Origin: Octopus sinensis
Lineage: Eukaryota
DNA length: 64,000 nt
Reading direction: 5' to 3'
Assembly (NCBI RefSeq): GCF_006345805.1
Contig: NC_043022.1
Span: forward strand, 16,678,001-16,742,000
Shown here in pieces: positions 53,204 to 64,000 of this stretch (position 1 is its first letter; every line of letters begins with the position of its first letter). A program made the position numbers and the translations under genes. The notes under the pieces were generated by a model. That model made no database searches, was not told the DNA's origin, and worked only from the letters and a program-made list of their open reading frames with translations.

Positions 53204-54842
53204 AGGTTCTAAGTTTGGTGTCAGTGACATGAAATTGTGTGGGGGGGAGGTGAGAGACATGATAAAGATGATCAGAGAGAACATCAATGGAAAGCCGACA
53301 CAGATCAAAATCCCGGAGATAGGTTAATAGTCCAATGAAACTATAATACTTTGTAAAGTCATCTCAGAAATATTTACACAAATATTTTTGGTTTTTTGGC
53401 TCCTTTTTAATAGCTTTATACCTTTTCTAACATCTCTTAATCATGAAATAACAAAAGCATTTAAACTGTTGCTTTTTTTGGGTTTTCTTTTGTTTATTAA
53501 CATAGAGTTAGGTGAAGTTAGAAGAGTCAGTGTTTTAGAACCATTTTATGCCCCTGAAATTAGCAGGGGTTCAAATCATTGTTTTTACATGACTTGTTCT
53601 CACCTTCCCCTTTTCATGGTCTGTGACTGAAGTGGTTCTGACCAGTTCTTTATGAATCCCTAGAGACTGGTATCATTATAAAAGCCAGCTTATCTCAACA
53701 TCCTGTTCAATATCATCTGCCCGTCCATCCATCCATCTTCTCAGCCTCTTGTTCTCCAGAAGGTCATGGCGAGAGAGTCATCAGGTTCTTCTTTCATAGA
53801 ATCCTATTAGAAGCGACTGTCATTTCACTTTCCGACTGGGTTCCCAAACACAAACAACTGAGGCTTTGGATATTATCTGACCATTTCGTTCTTTAAGTCT
53901 CCTTCAAGTTGGCTTGTCTTAAAGAAGGAGGCTTAATTGGATGTTGAAAACCCAGCCTTGTAATCCTGTTCTGTCACAGAAACAGAAATTAATGACAGAA
54001 GAAGGGATTAAAGTATTCTCCCTCGCATCACAGAACCCCTTTCTTTCTTTTGAAATGAAGGTAAATAAAATTACAATGATTCTTATGAAATCATGGTTTT
54101 CAAGACTGCTTGATTAATGCAGTTCTGTTTGGTTTGTGCCATTCAGGAATTTAACGAAGGTCGTATCAATCTTCACCGGAATAAAGACCAAACAAACGAA
54201 GCTAATAATTACACTTATTCTTTCATAATGTCGTAACGCATCTTAACCAATACATTGTTCCCAAACACATCACAATTTCTCTATTAATCTGCATATCTCT
54301 TCTCCACTCCAGCTACAATAATTGTTTCCTTTTGATTTTTCTTAAATGTCTCTCCGTCTACACTCCAATTATCACTTTTCTTTTCTGCCTAAAATCTAAT
54401 TTATCTGGAAACCAATTTTTCAAAGTCATTAACGGATGAATGAAAATAGTTGAAAGGTTTTCTTCTGGCTAGAATCCAAATTTCACAAGACATTTGTAAT
54501 AAAGCAAGCTGTTAAGTCATTAACAATTTCATCTGTGTGATCTACTCATATTGTTGCTGTTGGCAACAGATGGAACAATTCTACTCTCTCTCTCTCTCCC
54601 TCTCTCTCTGTTGGCATTCAACAATCTTGTTTTCACTGATAAACATCTTCATCTATCACAATAGTTAATCCATCAATAGAGATATCTCACTTAATTCGTT
54701 TAGTTTGCTTTTTAACATCACCAACTAAAAGATCTATAGAAAGCTTGGAAGGAGAAGGCAAAGCTTGGATAGAACATATTGCTTGTCCTGTGCTTCCAAG
54801 TTCAAATCATATCAGAGCATGCCAATGAGAGGATGCTACAGA

Positions 54843-55246
54843 TCATCATCATCATCATCATCATCGTTTAACGTCCGTTTTCCATGCTGGCATGGGTTGG
54901 ACAGTTCAACTGGGGTCTGGGAAGCCAGAAGGCTGCGCCAGGCCCAGTCTGATCTGGCAGTGTTTCTACAGCTGGATGCCCTTCCTAACGCCAACCACTC
55001 CGAGAGTGTAGTGGGTGCTTTTTACGTGCCACCTGCACAGGTGCCAGACGAGGCTGGCAAACGGCCACGATCGGATGGTGCTTTTTACGTGCCACCGGCA
55101 TGAGGGCCAGACGAGGCTAGCAACGGCCACAATCGGATGATGCTTTTTACGTGCCACCGGCACAGAGGCCAGTCAGGGTGGCACTGGCAACGGCCACATT
55201 CGGATGGTTCTCTTACATGCCACCGGCACTGGTATCACAGCTACAA
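54843..55246 (-). mobile_element. Family D retroposon with about 4 internal tandem units
   Basis: (CAT)n, then repeats of cggatggtgctttttacgtgccaccggca. Confidence 0.85.
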
Positions 55247-55274
55247 TTAATCATAACAACAATTAATCATATAT

Positions 55275-55457
55275 GTTAATAAGAGGGCAGCAAGCTGGTA
55301 GCATCGTTAGCATACCAGGACAGACAAAATGCTGAGTGACATTTTGTCTGTCTACACGTTCTGAGTTCAGATTCTGCCTGGTTCAATAAAATAAGCACCA
55401 CTTGAGCTTTAGGATCCCCTCTCCAGAAAATGCTGGCCTTGCGTGAAAATTTGAAAG

Positions 55458-55502
<45 letters not shown>

Positions 55503-56165
55503 CATCATTATTATTATTATCATTATTATTGTTATTATTATTATTGTTAAGGTGGCGAGCTGGCAGAATCGTTAGCATGCCGGGCAAAATGCTTAGTGGC
55601 ATTTTGTCTGTCTTTATGCTCTGAGTTCAAATTCCACTGAAGTCAACTTTGCCTTTCATCTTTTCAGAGTCAATAAAATAAACATCAGTTGAAAACTGGG
55701 GGTTGATGCAATCGACTCATCCTCTCCCCCCAAAATTACCGGGTCTTGTTATTTATGCTAAATATGTCATAGACATAGGCACAGGTGTGGCTCTGTGGTA
55801 AGAAGTTTGCTTCCCTACTACAGTGTTCTAGGTTCAGTCCCACTGCATGGCACCTTGGACTAGTGTCTTCCACTATTGCCTTGGGATGACCAAAGCCTTG
55901 TGAGAGGATTTGGTAGACAGAAACTGAAAGGAGCCCATCATGTATGTGTGTGTCTGTCTGTCTGTGTCTGGCCCCCACCGCTAGTTGACCAGTGGTGTTG
56001 GTGTGTTTGTGTCCCTGTAACTTAGTGGTTCAGCAAAAGAGACCGATAAAATAAGTATCAGGCTTAAAACATAATAAGTAGTGGGGTCAATTCATTAGAC
56101 AAAACTTCCTCAAGACACTGCCCCAGCATGGCCACAGTCTGATAACTGAAACACAGAAAAGTTAA
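55275..56165 (+). mobile_element. Two family C SINEs separated by (ATT)n, followed by a full family A SINE (55778-56165)
   Basis: Same diagnostic heads and cores as the other family C and family A copies. Confidence 0.78.
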
Positions 56166-57039
56166 AGACTTTCCTTTCAAGCTGCTTCTGTTGCCTGATT
56201 TGAATTTTATTCAGACTAAGCAGCATCACTGCAAATCAGTGTATGGTTTATACACTGACTCTGTGTACTTCAGACTGACCAATTTGACCTTGTTTTGGAA
56301 GTGACATGCATACATGGTGTTGAAAAACTGACAAAAATGGCAAAATGCATGTCTGCCACTTTCACAGTCACTCCCAGGGCAATTTTGTTTCACCTGGCTC
56401 TGAAATATATTGTATCTTTTAACACTATATGCCTATAAAGGGATTTTCCCCAGTCATAAACTGCAGCCTCTAGCTTTCCAACGATTCACATATGTTAAGT
56501 ATGCCATATATATATACATATATATATACATGTATGTATGTCTTCCCATCATCATAGAGGCCCTTCCAAGTGGCCTTCTCCAAACTCTTATATTCCACTC
56601 AGCAACTGCACAGGTCTACTTGTTGTCTGTGAACCTTGTGACATGTCCAGACCAGCAGAAGACAATTTGGGTCAAGGTGAAAAAGAAAGGTGCAATCAAG
56701 ACAGAATTGGAAGCACATTGTGATCAGTGGTGTATAACAGCATCTGGTGGTCTGATTGAAACTGTGGTGTATGTATATAATTCTTTTCTGTTTGTGCTTC
56801 TCCCCCAAAGTATAGACCTCTGCTGGCTTGACTGGGCTGTGAAATCTAATGCAGGCCATCAGGATGTGTTGTCCACTGCCCAGTGTTTGCAAAGTAATCA
56901 GCTGGAATAAGACAGCAATTCATATAGTGCTGCTAGAGTAAACGGTTTTTCATTTACAACATAAACAAACAAACAAAGGTTTGAATTTAAATTCTTATAA
57001 AAGTGACATTATGCAATTTTTTTTTGTGTTGTATGTGTA

Positions 57040-57245
57040 GTCACCATCACTATAACTATCATCATCATCATCATCATTGTTGCTACTATCATCATCATCA
57101 CCACGATTATCATCATCATCACTAACATCAACACCACTTTCATCATCACTACTGTTGTCATCATTATCATTATTACTATCATCAACATCATCATCATCAC
57201 CACTGCTTTCATCACTATTATCACTATCATCATCACCATCATCAT
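57040..57245. repeat. Degenerate (ATC)n tract, tail of an old family D copy (- to ~57450)
   Basis: Explains the poly-D/S/M ORFs at 56995-57628. Confidence 0.75.
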
Positions 57246-58815
57246 GTCCATTTTCCAAGCCAACTTATGTTGGTTGGTCACGTCATGACAATCCAATCCA
57301 GATTTTGTCTTCTAATCCTGTTGCTGCTTTGCCGAGATCTGTCGGAAGACTACATCTCATATTTTCACATGGTTTCTATGGTTGGGTGCCTTTCCTATCA
57401 CCGACCCCTTTACACAATATACTGAATACATTTTACCTTGACACCAATACCAGAAAAGGTATTATGTTGTCAGCACAACTAACGAGCTCCCTGATTGATC
57501 AGCCACCACTGTACAGAGAGGGTTGTTACATCAATGCTGAAGAGGTGATGGTAAAAGTGGTAACCGTTAACATGGAGAAGGGGACAGCAGCTAGCAGTGT
57601 TACAGTATCAGGTAGTAATAAGGGATAGATTTGATGTCAGCCTTCATTATACAGGTATTGTGATGGAAATGAGAAAGGCAAGGTAGAGTGATAGGGGATG
57701 TTTGTGAAAGGTAGGAGGGAAGGATGTTGATAATGAATGAAAAAAAGGAAGGACTCAATATGGACAGATTGAGGAAAATGTTACTGAAGGAAAAACAAGT
57801 GCAGTGAACACGTGTAGCTGGGGGAAATAAATGGGCTGCAATTTAAGGTTTGATTCAACTAAAATGTGTTGTATTAAGAAGAGAAAGGGGCCATTTGGCT
57901 TTTGGGTTTAGTTTTGTTTGAAGAGAAAGCGTGAACAGATTGCTCTGGTTGAGTTTGCTGAGGAAAGACAGAGAAACTACTTTGATATCTCCTTATATAT
58001 CCAGTGTCTTGCTGAAGGGTACTGCGCTCTGCTTTGGGGTACAATTCTCTGCTGTGGGGTACTGATTTTTGCTAGGTCTAATAAACCTGTGAAAAATAAT
58101 GAATAATTAAAAATTTCATCTGGCTGCCTGAGGATTGCTCTCTCTCCCTTTCTCTCTCTCTATCTATCTACATATATATATAGGTATAAAAGTTATATAT
58201 AAAAAGGGACAAGAACGTGAAATACACAAAGAGACGAACACAAAAAAAAGACGGGTCATTCGAAGCCTTTAATCATCTTCAGTCAGGAACCGGATCATCA
58301 CAGCAAATTTCGGCTGATTAATCCTGATATTGCTCCGACATGGCCAGCCCCAATGAAAAACTAAGCTGCGAGCATTAGATTTCTTGGAAAAGGATCGAAT
58401 GTAAACGAAACAAGGACAGAAAAACGATACACACACACACATGCAGATGTGTGTACATATATGTGTGTGTGTGTGTGTATTTAGTGTATTTATATCCCTG
58501 GATTTAATCAACACCATCAGGGCCCCCTCAGTCTATTTTCTCTCAGCTTTTTCGATTCCATCACTCTTTGATACCATTCATAGTCATCTCTTCTTATCCT
58601 CCCCCCTTCACCTCTCTCTCTCTCTCTCTCAAAAGCTTCTATCTTCATTCAAACCATTTCTGTGAATTTTGATATTTTTAATCTATTATTTATTAAAATA
58701 TATTATGTTATTATTTGCAAGCAAGAGAGTTGTTACTATGCGTGCACGCATGTGCGTGTGTGTATATATATATATATACATATATACATATATACATACA
58801 TATATATATACATAT

Positions 58816-58883
<68 letters not shown>

Positions 58884-59122
58884 GACAAGTATCAACCTTA
58901 AGAACACTTAGTATAACTGCTTCTTCCAGAGTTAAATTATATTTTGCATTATTTATGATAACCTTATCAACCCTTTGTCATTTTAAATTTCAAAGTGCTC
59001 CACTTTAAGGCAGAACATCAATTATCAGACATTGTAAAGTGATGTGGGGCACAGACACACACCAAGGATTAGAAATTTTAACTATCAATAGTAATTAGAT
59101 CATTCTATGTTTGACTGTACAC

Positions 59123-59164
<42 letters not shown>

Positions 59165-59174
59165 ATTGTTATTT

Positions 59175-59468
59175 ACAAGCATGCCTATGTAGTAAGACGT
59201 TTCCTTCCCAATCACATGGTTCTGGGTTCAATCCCATTGAGTGGCACCTTGGGCTAGTGTCTTCTGTTATAGTCTCTGGTCGACCAAAGCCTTTAAGAAG
59301 CCTGTCATATATTTATGTGTGTGTGTGTCTGTGTGTCTTTATGTCGGTGTTTGTTGCCCCCACCCACCTTTTGACAACCGGTGGTGGTTTGTTTATATCT
59401 TTGTAACTTAGCAGTTCAGCAAAAGAGACCAATGGAATAAGTGCAAGGAAACTGAAAGAAACCCTTCG

Positions 59469-59525
<57 letters not shown>

Positions 59526-59544
59526 GTGTGTGTGTGTGCGTGTG

Positions 59545-59587
<43 letters not shown>

Positions 59588-59800
59588 TTGTGTGTTTGCG
59601 TCTGTGTTTGTCCCCTCACCATCGCTTGACAACTGGTATTGGTGTGTTTACGTTCCCATAACTTAGCAGTTCGGCAAAGGGAACTAATAGAATAAGTACC
59701 AGGCTGAAAAAGAATAAGTCTAGGGGTCAATTTCTTCAACTAAAAGGGCAGTGCTCCAGCATGGCCACAGTCAATATGACTGAAACAAGTAAAAGAATGA
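59175..59800 (+). mobile_element. Family A SINE with duplicated 3' half
   Basis: The segment gaagcc/ccttcgtatata..ttgacaac..taacttagcagttc..gaataagt occurs twice in tandem. Confidence 0.72.
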
Positions 59801-59950
59801 ATGAGTATATATTTATACACACACACACACACACACATACATTATCACATGTGTGTGTGTGTGTGTGTTGTGTGTGTGTGCATGTATGTGTGTGTGTGTG
59901 TGCATGTATGTGTGTGTGTGTGTGTGCGTGTATGTGTGTGTGTGTATGTG

Positions 59951-59993
<43 letters not shown>

Positions 59994-60859
59994 CATCTGT
60001 GATGAATAGCATTTGATTTTGTAACCTTTCGTAATAGAAATCACCTCTAAAGAGTATCTTGTCAAGTGCTTTGCTGATTAATGACAAATATAATGAACAA
60101 GAGTCTACGTTTTCTGTGTTTTTTTTTTGCTTTATGGTCCTCTTTAATCTCTGAAGACATTTATTCGTTATTGATAACACTGGTTTGGATAACATAAAGA
60201 CTCCAGTGAACTCCTGCACCAGCCTAATTATTGATTATTTATTTCATCGGAATAAGATGTCAGATTTATTGTGTGAAGAGAAACAAGATCGTATGAAGTC
60301 GATTCCTTTTTCAGCTGAGGTCAACTCACTGAGTGGAGACAGCACTAAACTAGCAATTATCAGGATTGCAGTTCAAATTGGCTGCATGGCAATATTTTGT
60401 TGTTTAATTGGGGGCTGCAGCATGTTTGATTTGATACGTTGGAGTTTGTCAAATTGTTGACAATAAATACTGGATCTAATGATGATGTCATTGATGACAC
60501 ATGGACATTCGAAGGAGATTTCTCTCTCACATCTCCGTATTTCCATAAAACTGAACCTAAACACCTTTTTGTAATGTACCTCGTTTAGGCTCCACAAAGC
60601 ATTTACCTTTCATGTGGCACATTAGGGATTTAATTGAAATAAGGATAACAACAGCAGCAGCAGGTATGGTTTGTGTGTTTAAGGTATTTGGCGTGCAACC
60701 ACATAGTTCTGGGTTCAATCCCATGGTATGATGTCATAGACTTTGTCTATAATTACCAGTGCTGGATGAACCATTAAGCAAAATAAGCACATGATGTTTA
60801 GGGCGTCGAGGGGAGTGAGGGCACCACAATATCAATAATAACAACAAACAATAATAATA

Positions 60860-61080
60860 ATTGTTTCAAATTTTGGCACAAGCTCAGCAATTTCAGGGCT
60901 GGGATAAGACAATTCCATCGATCCCAGTGCTCAAATGGTCCTTATTTTATCGACCCCACCCCTCCAAATGATGAAAGGCAAAGTTGACCTTGGCAGAATT
61001 TGAACCGAGAAGTTAAACATGGACAAAATGCCATGAAGCATTTGCCCAGTGTGCTACCGATTCTGGCAGTTCACAGCCTT
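60860..61080 (-). mobile_element. Family C SINE between (AAT)n tracts
   Basis: ttttatcgacccc..atgaaaggcaaagttgaccttggcagaatttgaac. Confidence 0.75.
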
Positions 61081-61087
61081 AATAATA

Positions 61088-61132
<45 letters not shown>

Positions 61133-61889
61133 TAATAATAATAAACATATAGATGGAAGGATAATGAGAAGGAAGGAAAGAGAGGAAGAAAGACATAGAA
61201 ATGAAATTGTGTGAAAATGTTTTGAGATTGTTGTAAAGTTTGGCCAGTTTCCAGTAATGTCTGTTTGCTGGTTTTTAAACTGTAATAGATGGGGTTTGAG
61301 ATGTTGAAAGGAATTTATATATAGCAATTTTAGTTAATAAAATCTATTTGGAAACATTGAGTTAAATTAGAAATAAAAAAAAATTTCACGGGAAATAAAA
61401 TATTTCAATGTAATTTTTACATTTTATTGGATATTATTTTATTGTATTTGATTTTGCTGCTCTGAAATATCTTTTTTTTATTTTACCATAAAAAAAAGCA
61501 TTCTTTCCTTTCTTTAAAGTTCAAGCAAAATAAAGTATGTGTGTGTGTGTGTTTGTTTTTCTGACCCAAGGCCCATCTTACCCCTACCTGTCTCGATCTT
61601 TCAACCTTTGCAATCGAAAATTCCCTCCCCGTTGTTCACCCTTTGGACATATTTATTATTCCTGTAAACAATGTTTACAGGAATGGCCTGTAAACAATGT
61701 TTACAGGAATGGTGAACTCAAACCGAATAAAGTTATTGAAACAACCAGGGGTAAATATTGGGTTAAAACCCCTTTTGGAAAGAAAGGGTCAAAGGGCTGG
61801 CTTTGGGGAAGTTTCTTAGGATGTCAAAAACAATGTTTATTCTTTTAGAGTTTGTTGTTTTCCAGGGACTGATTTGATCAGGGTATTCA

Positions 61890-62200
61890 GGTGAAGACAT
61901 GTGGCTCAGTCCCTTGGCTATTCAGCTCACAATCATAAAGTCATGAGTTCGATTCCTGGTGGCATATCATGTCCTTGAGCAAGACACTTTATTTCACATT
62001 GCTCCAGTCCATTCAGCTGGTAAAAATGAGTTGTACCAGTAATTCAATGGGGCCAGCCTTGTCACATTCTGTGTCATGCTGAATCACCCTGGGAACTACA
62101 TTAAGGGTACGTGTGTGTGTGGAGTACTCAGCCACATGCACAAGCATTTCATGAGCTGGCTGTTCTGGTGATTGAACATTCTTCATCATAACTGATGGAG
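61890..62200 (+). mobile_element. Family B SINE
   Basis: Colinear with 3304-3632. Confidence 0.78.
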
Positions 62201-62640
62201 ATTCAGGCCTGGTTTGTGATTCTGTGCTGAAACTGAAGTCATTCCATCATTAAAAAAAAACCCATTTAATTACACATGAAGTCGTTAAATTTAATTTAAA
62301 TTTATTTCAAAAGCTGTCAATATTTTCATTACACATTTACAACCCAGTCATTGATGCCATTCCACTGCGATCGTATCAAGGACGGATCATAATTGTGACA
62401 TCAGGACAGTAAAGTGGAACCATTTTGATGATCAGGTCACAGCTGTGTCACAAAACTGCTGAGGCTTCATGAAAGGAATTTAAATTTAAAGAGAAGTCAA
62501 CAGGTTTTCTGTGTCATTAAATGATTTAGACTCACTGTTTATTTTGATTTGTAGTTTGAAGTTATTAGAAAAATAATTTATTCTATGATTACTTCATGGT
62601 TGATGGTTGAAGCCCACCACCACACTTATGGTCTTGAGGT

Positions 62641-63687
62641 CAGTGGTTCTCAACATGGGTCTGTATCACCCCTGGGGGTCCATTTAAGATTTTTTTGTTA
62701 AAATTTAGCTCCAGTAGATTCGTTATATTTGTACTATACACAAATTTTACTTGGTGAACTTTCCACTGGAAGAAGACTCTGTGGCCATCCCCTCTGTTGA
62801 TATAAGGGTCAGCTGAAGCAAAGCCTAAAACTGACTGGAATCGATCCCAAAGCTTAGGATATTGGAGCTCAGGACTGGCCCGGCTGGCATCATTCCATCT
62901 TTCTCTGTGGCAAATCCTTTTGAAGCGGAACAACAGAGGAAAGAGGAAGAGAAATGACAAGGAAGAAAACGGAGGCTGCAACAACCAGAGCCCCCACCAT
63001 GGGTCCCTTGTGACAGACATTTCCATGCAAGAGTCATTAGTCATCAGAGGCATAAACACAGACAGAGGGGAAGAAGTGGTCAAGAAGAAACCAAGTAAAT
63101 CTTCGGACATACGATAAAACGTCTGATGATGACACAAAATAGTTTAACAATTTTTTCATACAATTGCTTCTAATATCTTTATATATAAAAGTGAGGTTGT
63201 ATGCTGTCTGTCTCCTACGATTTAGATTCCTAACTACTCCCACATTTTGCAGTGCAGTTTAACCAAAACCGGGTATCTTATAGTCGTGATTCATATCGAG
63301 CCCTTCTGGATATTAGCGCGCGTCTATGATGAGTCTACGATTTTAAAAAAAATTTACCATCAATTTTTCCCATTTTTAATGCATTTTTGGTATATGTAAG
63401 GGAAGTAACTCTCTAAAAATTTATTATTAAATCTCAGAACGTAAAAAGCTACAGTAACACCCCCCTTTGTGGTTAGCCATATTGAGATGGCTATTATACT
63501 TTACATCTCTAAAAATGCTTATATAGTTATTTCCCTTACAAACCCGAGCAACGCCGGGCGATACTGCCAGTTTCTTAATAAAATTATAATAGGATTTTTT
63601 TTAAACATCAAAGGGGTAGGAGGGTCCAGTTCAGTAAAATAGGAATCAAAAGAGGTCCATGAGTTAAAATTTGGTTGAGAACCATTG
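62641..63687. mobile_element. hAT (Charlie-like) MITE carrying two nested insertions
   Basis: TIRs cagtggttctcaac / gttgagaaccattg. The 8-bp flanks cttgaggt / atctaggt match only partly. Confidence 0.7.
63176..63570 (+). mobile_element. Non-autonomous Helitron
   Basis: Inserted between A and T. 5' TC (tctttatatataaaagtg), subterminal hairpin cccgagcaacgccggg, 3' end ccag (variant of CTAG). Confidence 0.8.
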
Positions 63688-64000
63688 ATCTAGGTCCCAG
63701 TGGAATCCCCACCTCTCTCTTCTTTTAGGGTCTAGTGTGGTCTAAGTGTAGACTGCTTCAGTTGTTGGAGCAAACCAGAATCACAGATATCAATCACCAC
63801 TGTCATTCAAACAGGGAGTCATGCAATCTGCTAGAAGTAGCAACCAAATCTCCCACTGGGAATGTGTTGTACCCCATTGCTATTATTTACATTATTTACA
63901 TTTGACGGATATTTGTCATCTTGTTTGTTGTTAACACAACATTATTGCTGATATACCCTCCAGCCTTCTACGAACCCCAAGATTCCGAGTTCGATTCCAA

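Noticed and set aside
56410-56910. 166-aa ORF (similarly 62640-63137, 165 aa)
   Set aside because: No recognisable domain, non-ATG starts, spans microsatellite or mobile-element boundaries, and no convincing splice context.
57295-57315. aatccagattttgtc (NPDFV) as the next CAMTA exon
   Set aside because: No upstream AG acceptor, an in-frame stop after FVF, and it lies in a decayed family D copy.
63880-63975. Possible further Penelope/hammerhead remnant (minus strand ggctg..cagc hairpin)
   Set aside because: Both catalytic boxes are missing in this copy and it lies at the window edge; it cannot be supported from this sequence alone.

Overview
AT-rich, microsatellite- and transposon-dense animal genomic DNA. 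The repeat families resemble octopus (coleoid cephalopod) repeats; this is an inference. The only host coding sequence I can support is three small + strand exons (65-132, 18996-19131, 24890-24961). They splice in frame to most of a CG-1 DNA-binding domain of a CAMTA (calmodulin-binding transcription activator) gene. The rest is intron (about 18.9 kb, 5.8 kb and probably >39 kb). The introns carry several SINE families, RTE/CR1/RLE-type LINE fragments, a decayed DD37D Tc1/mariner, piggyBac- and hAT-like MITEs, a non-autonomous Helitron and one 100-N gap. Most ORF-track entries are microsatellite noise. The most notable unannotated signal is a set of short elements in or beside (TA)n/(CA)n tracts that carry minimal hammerhead-ribozyme motifs. 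Several are folded back as inverted duplications that break at the catalytic core, as expected for Penelope-like retroelement termini. None seen on the CAMTA sense strand has an intact core.
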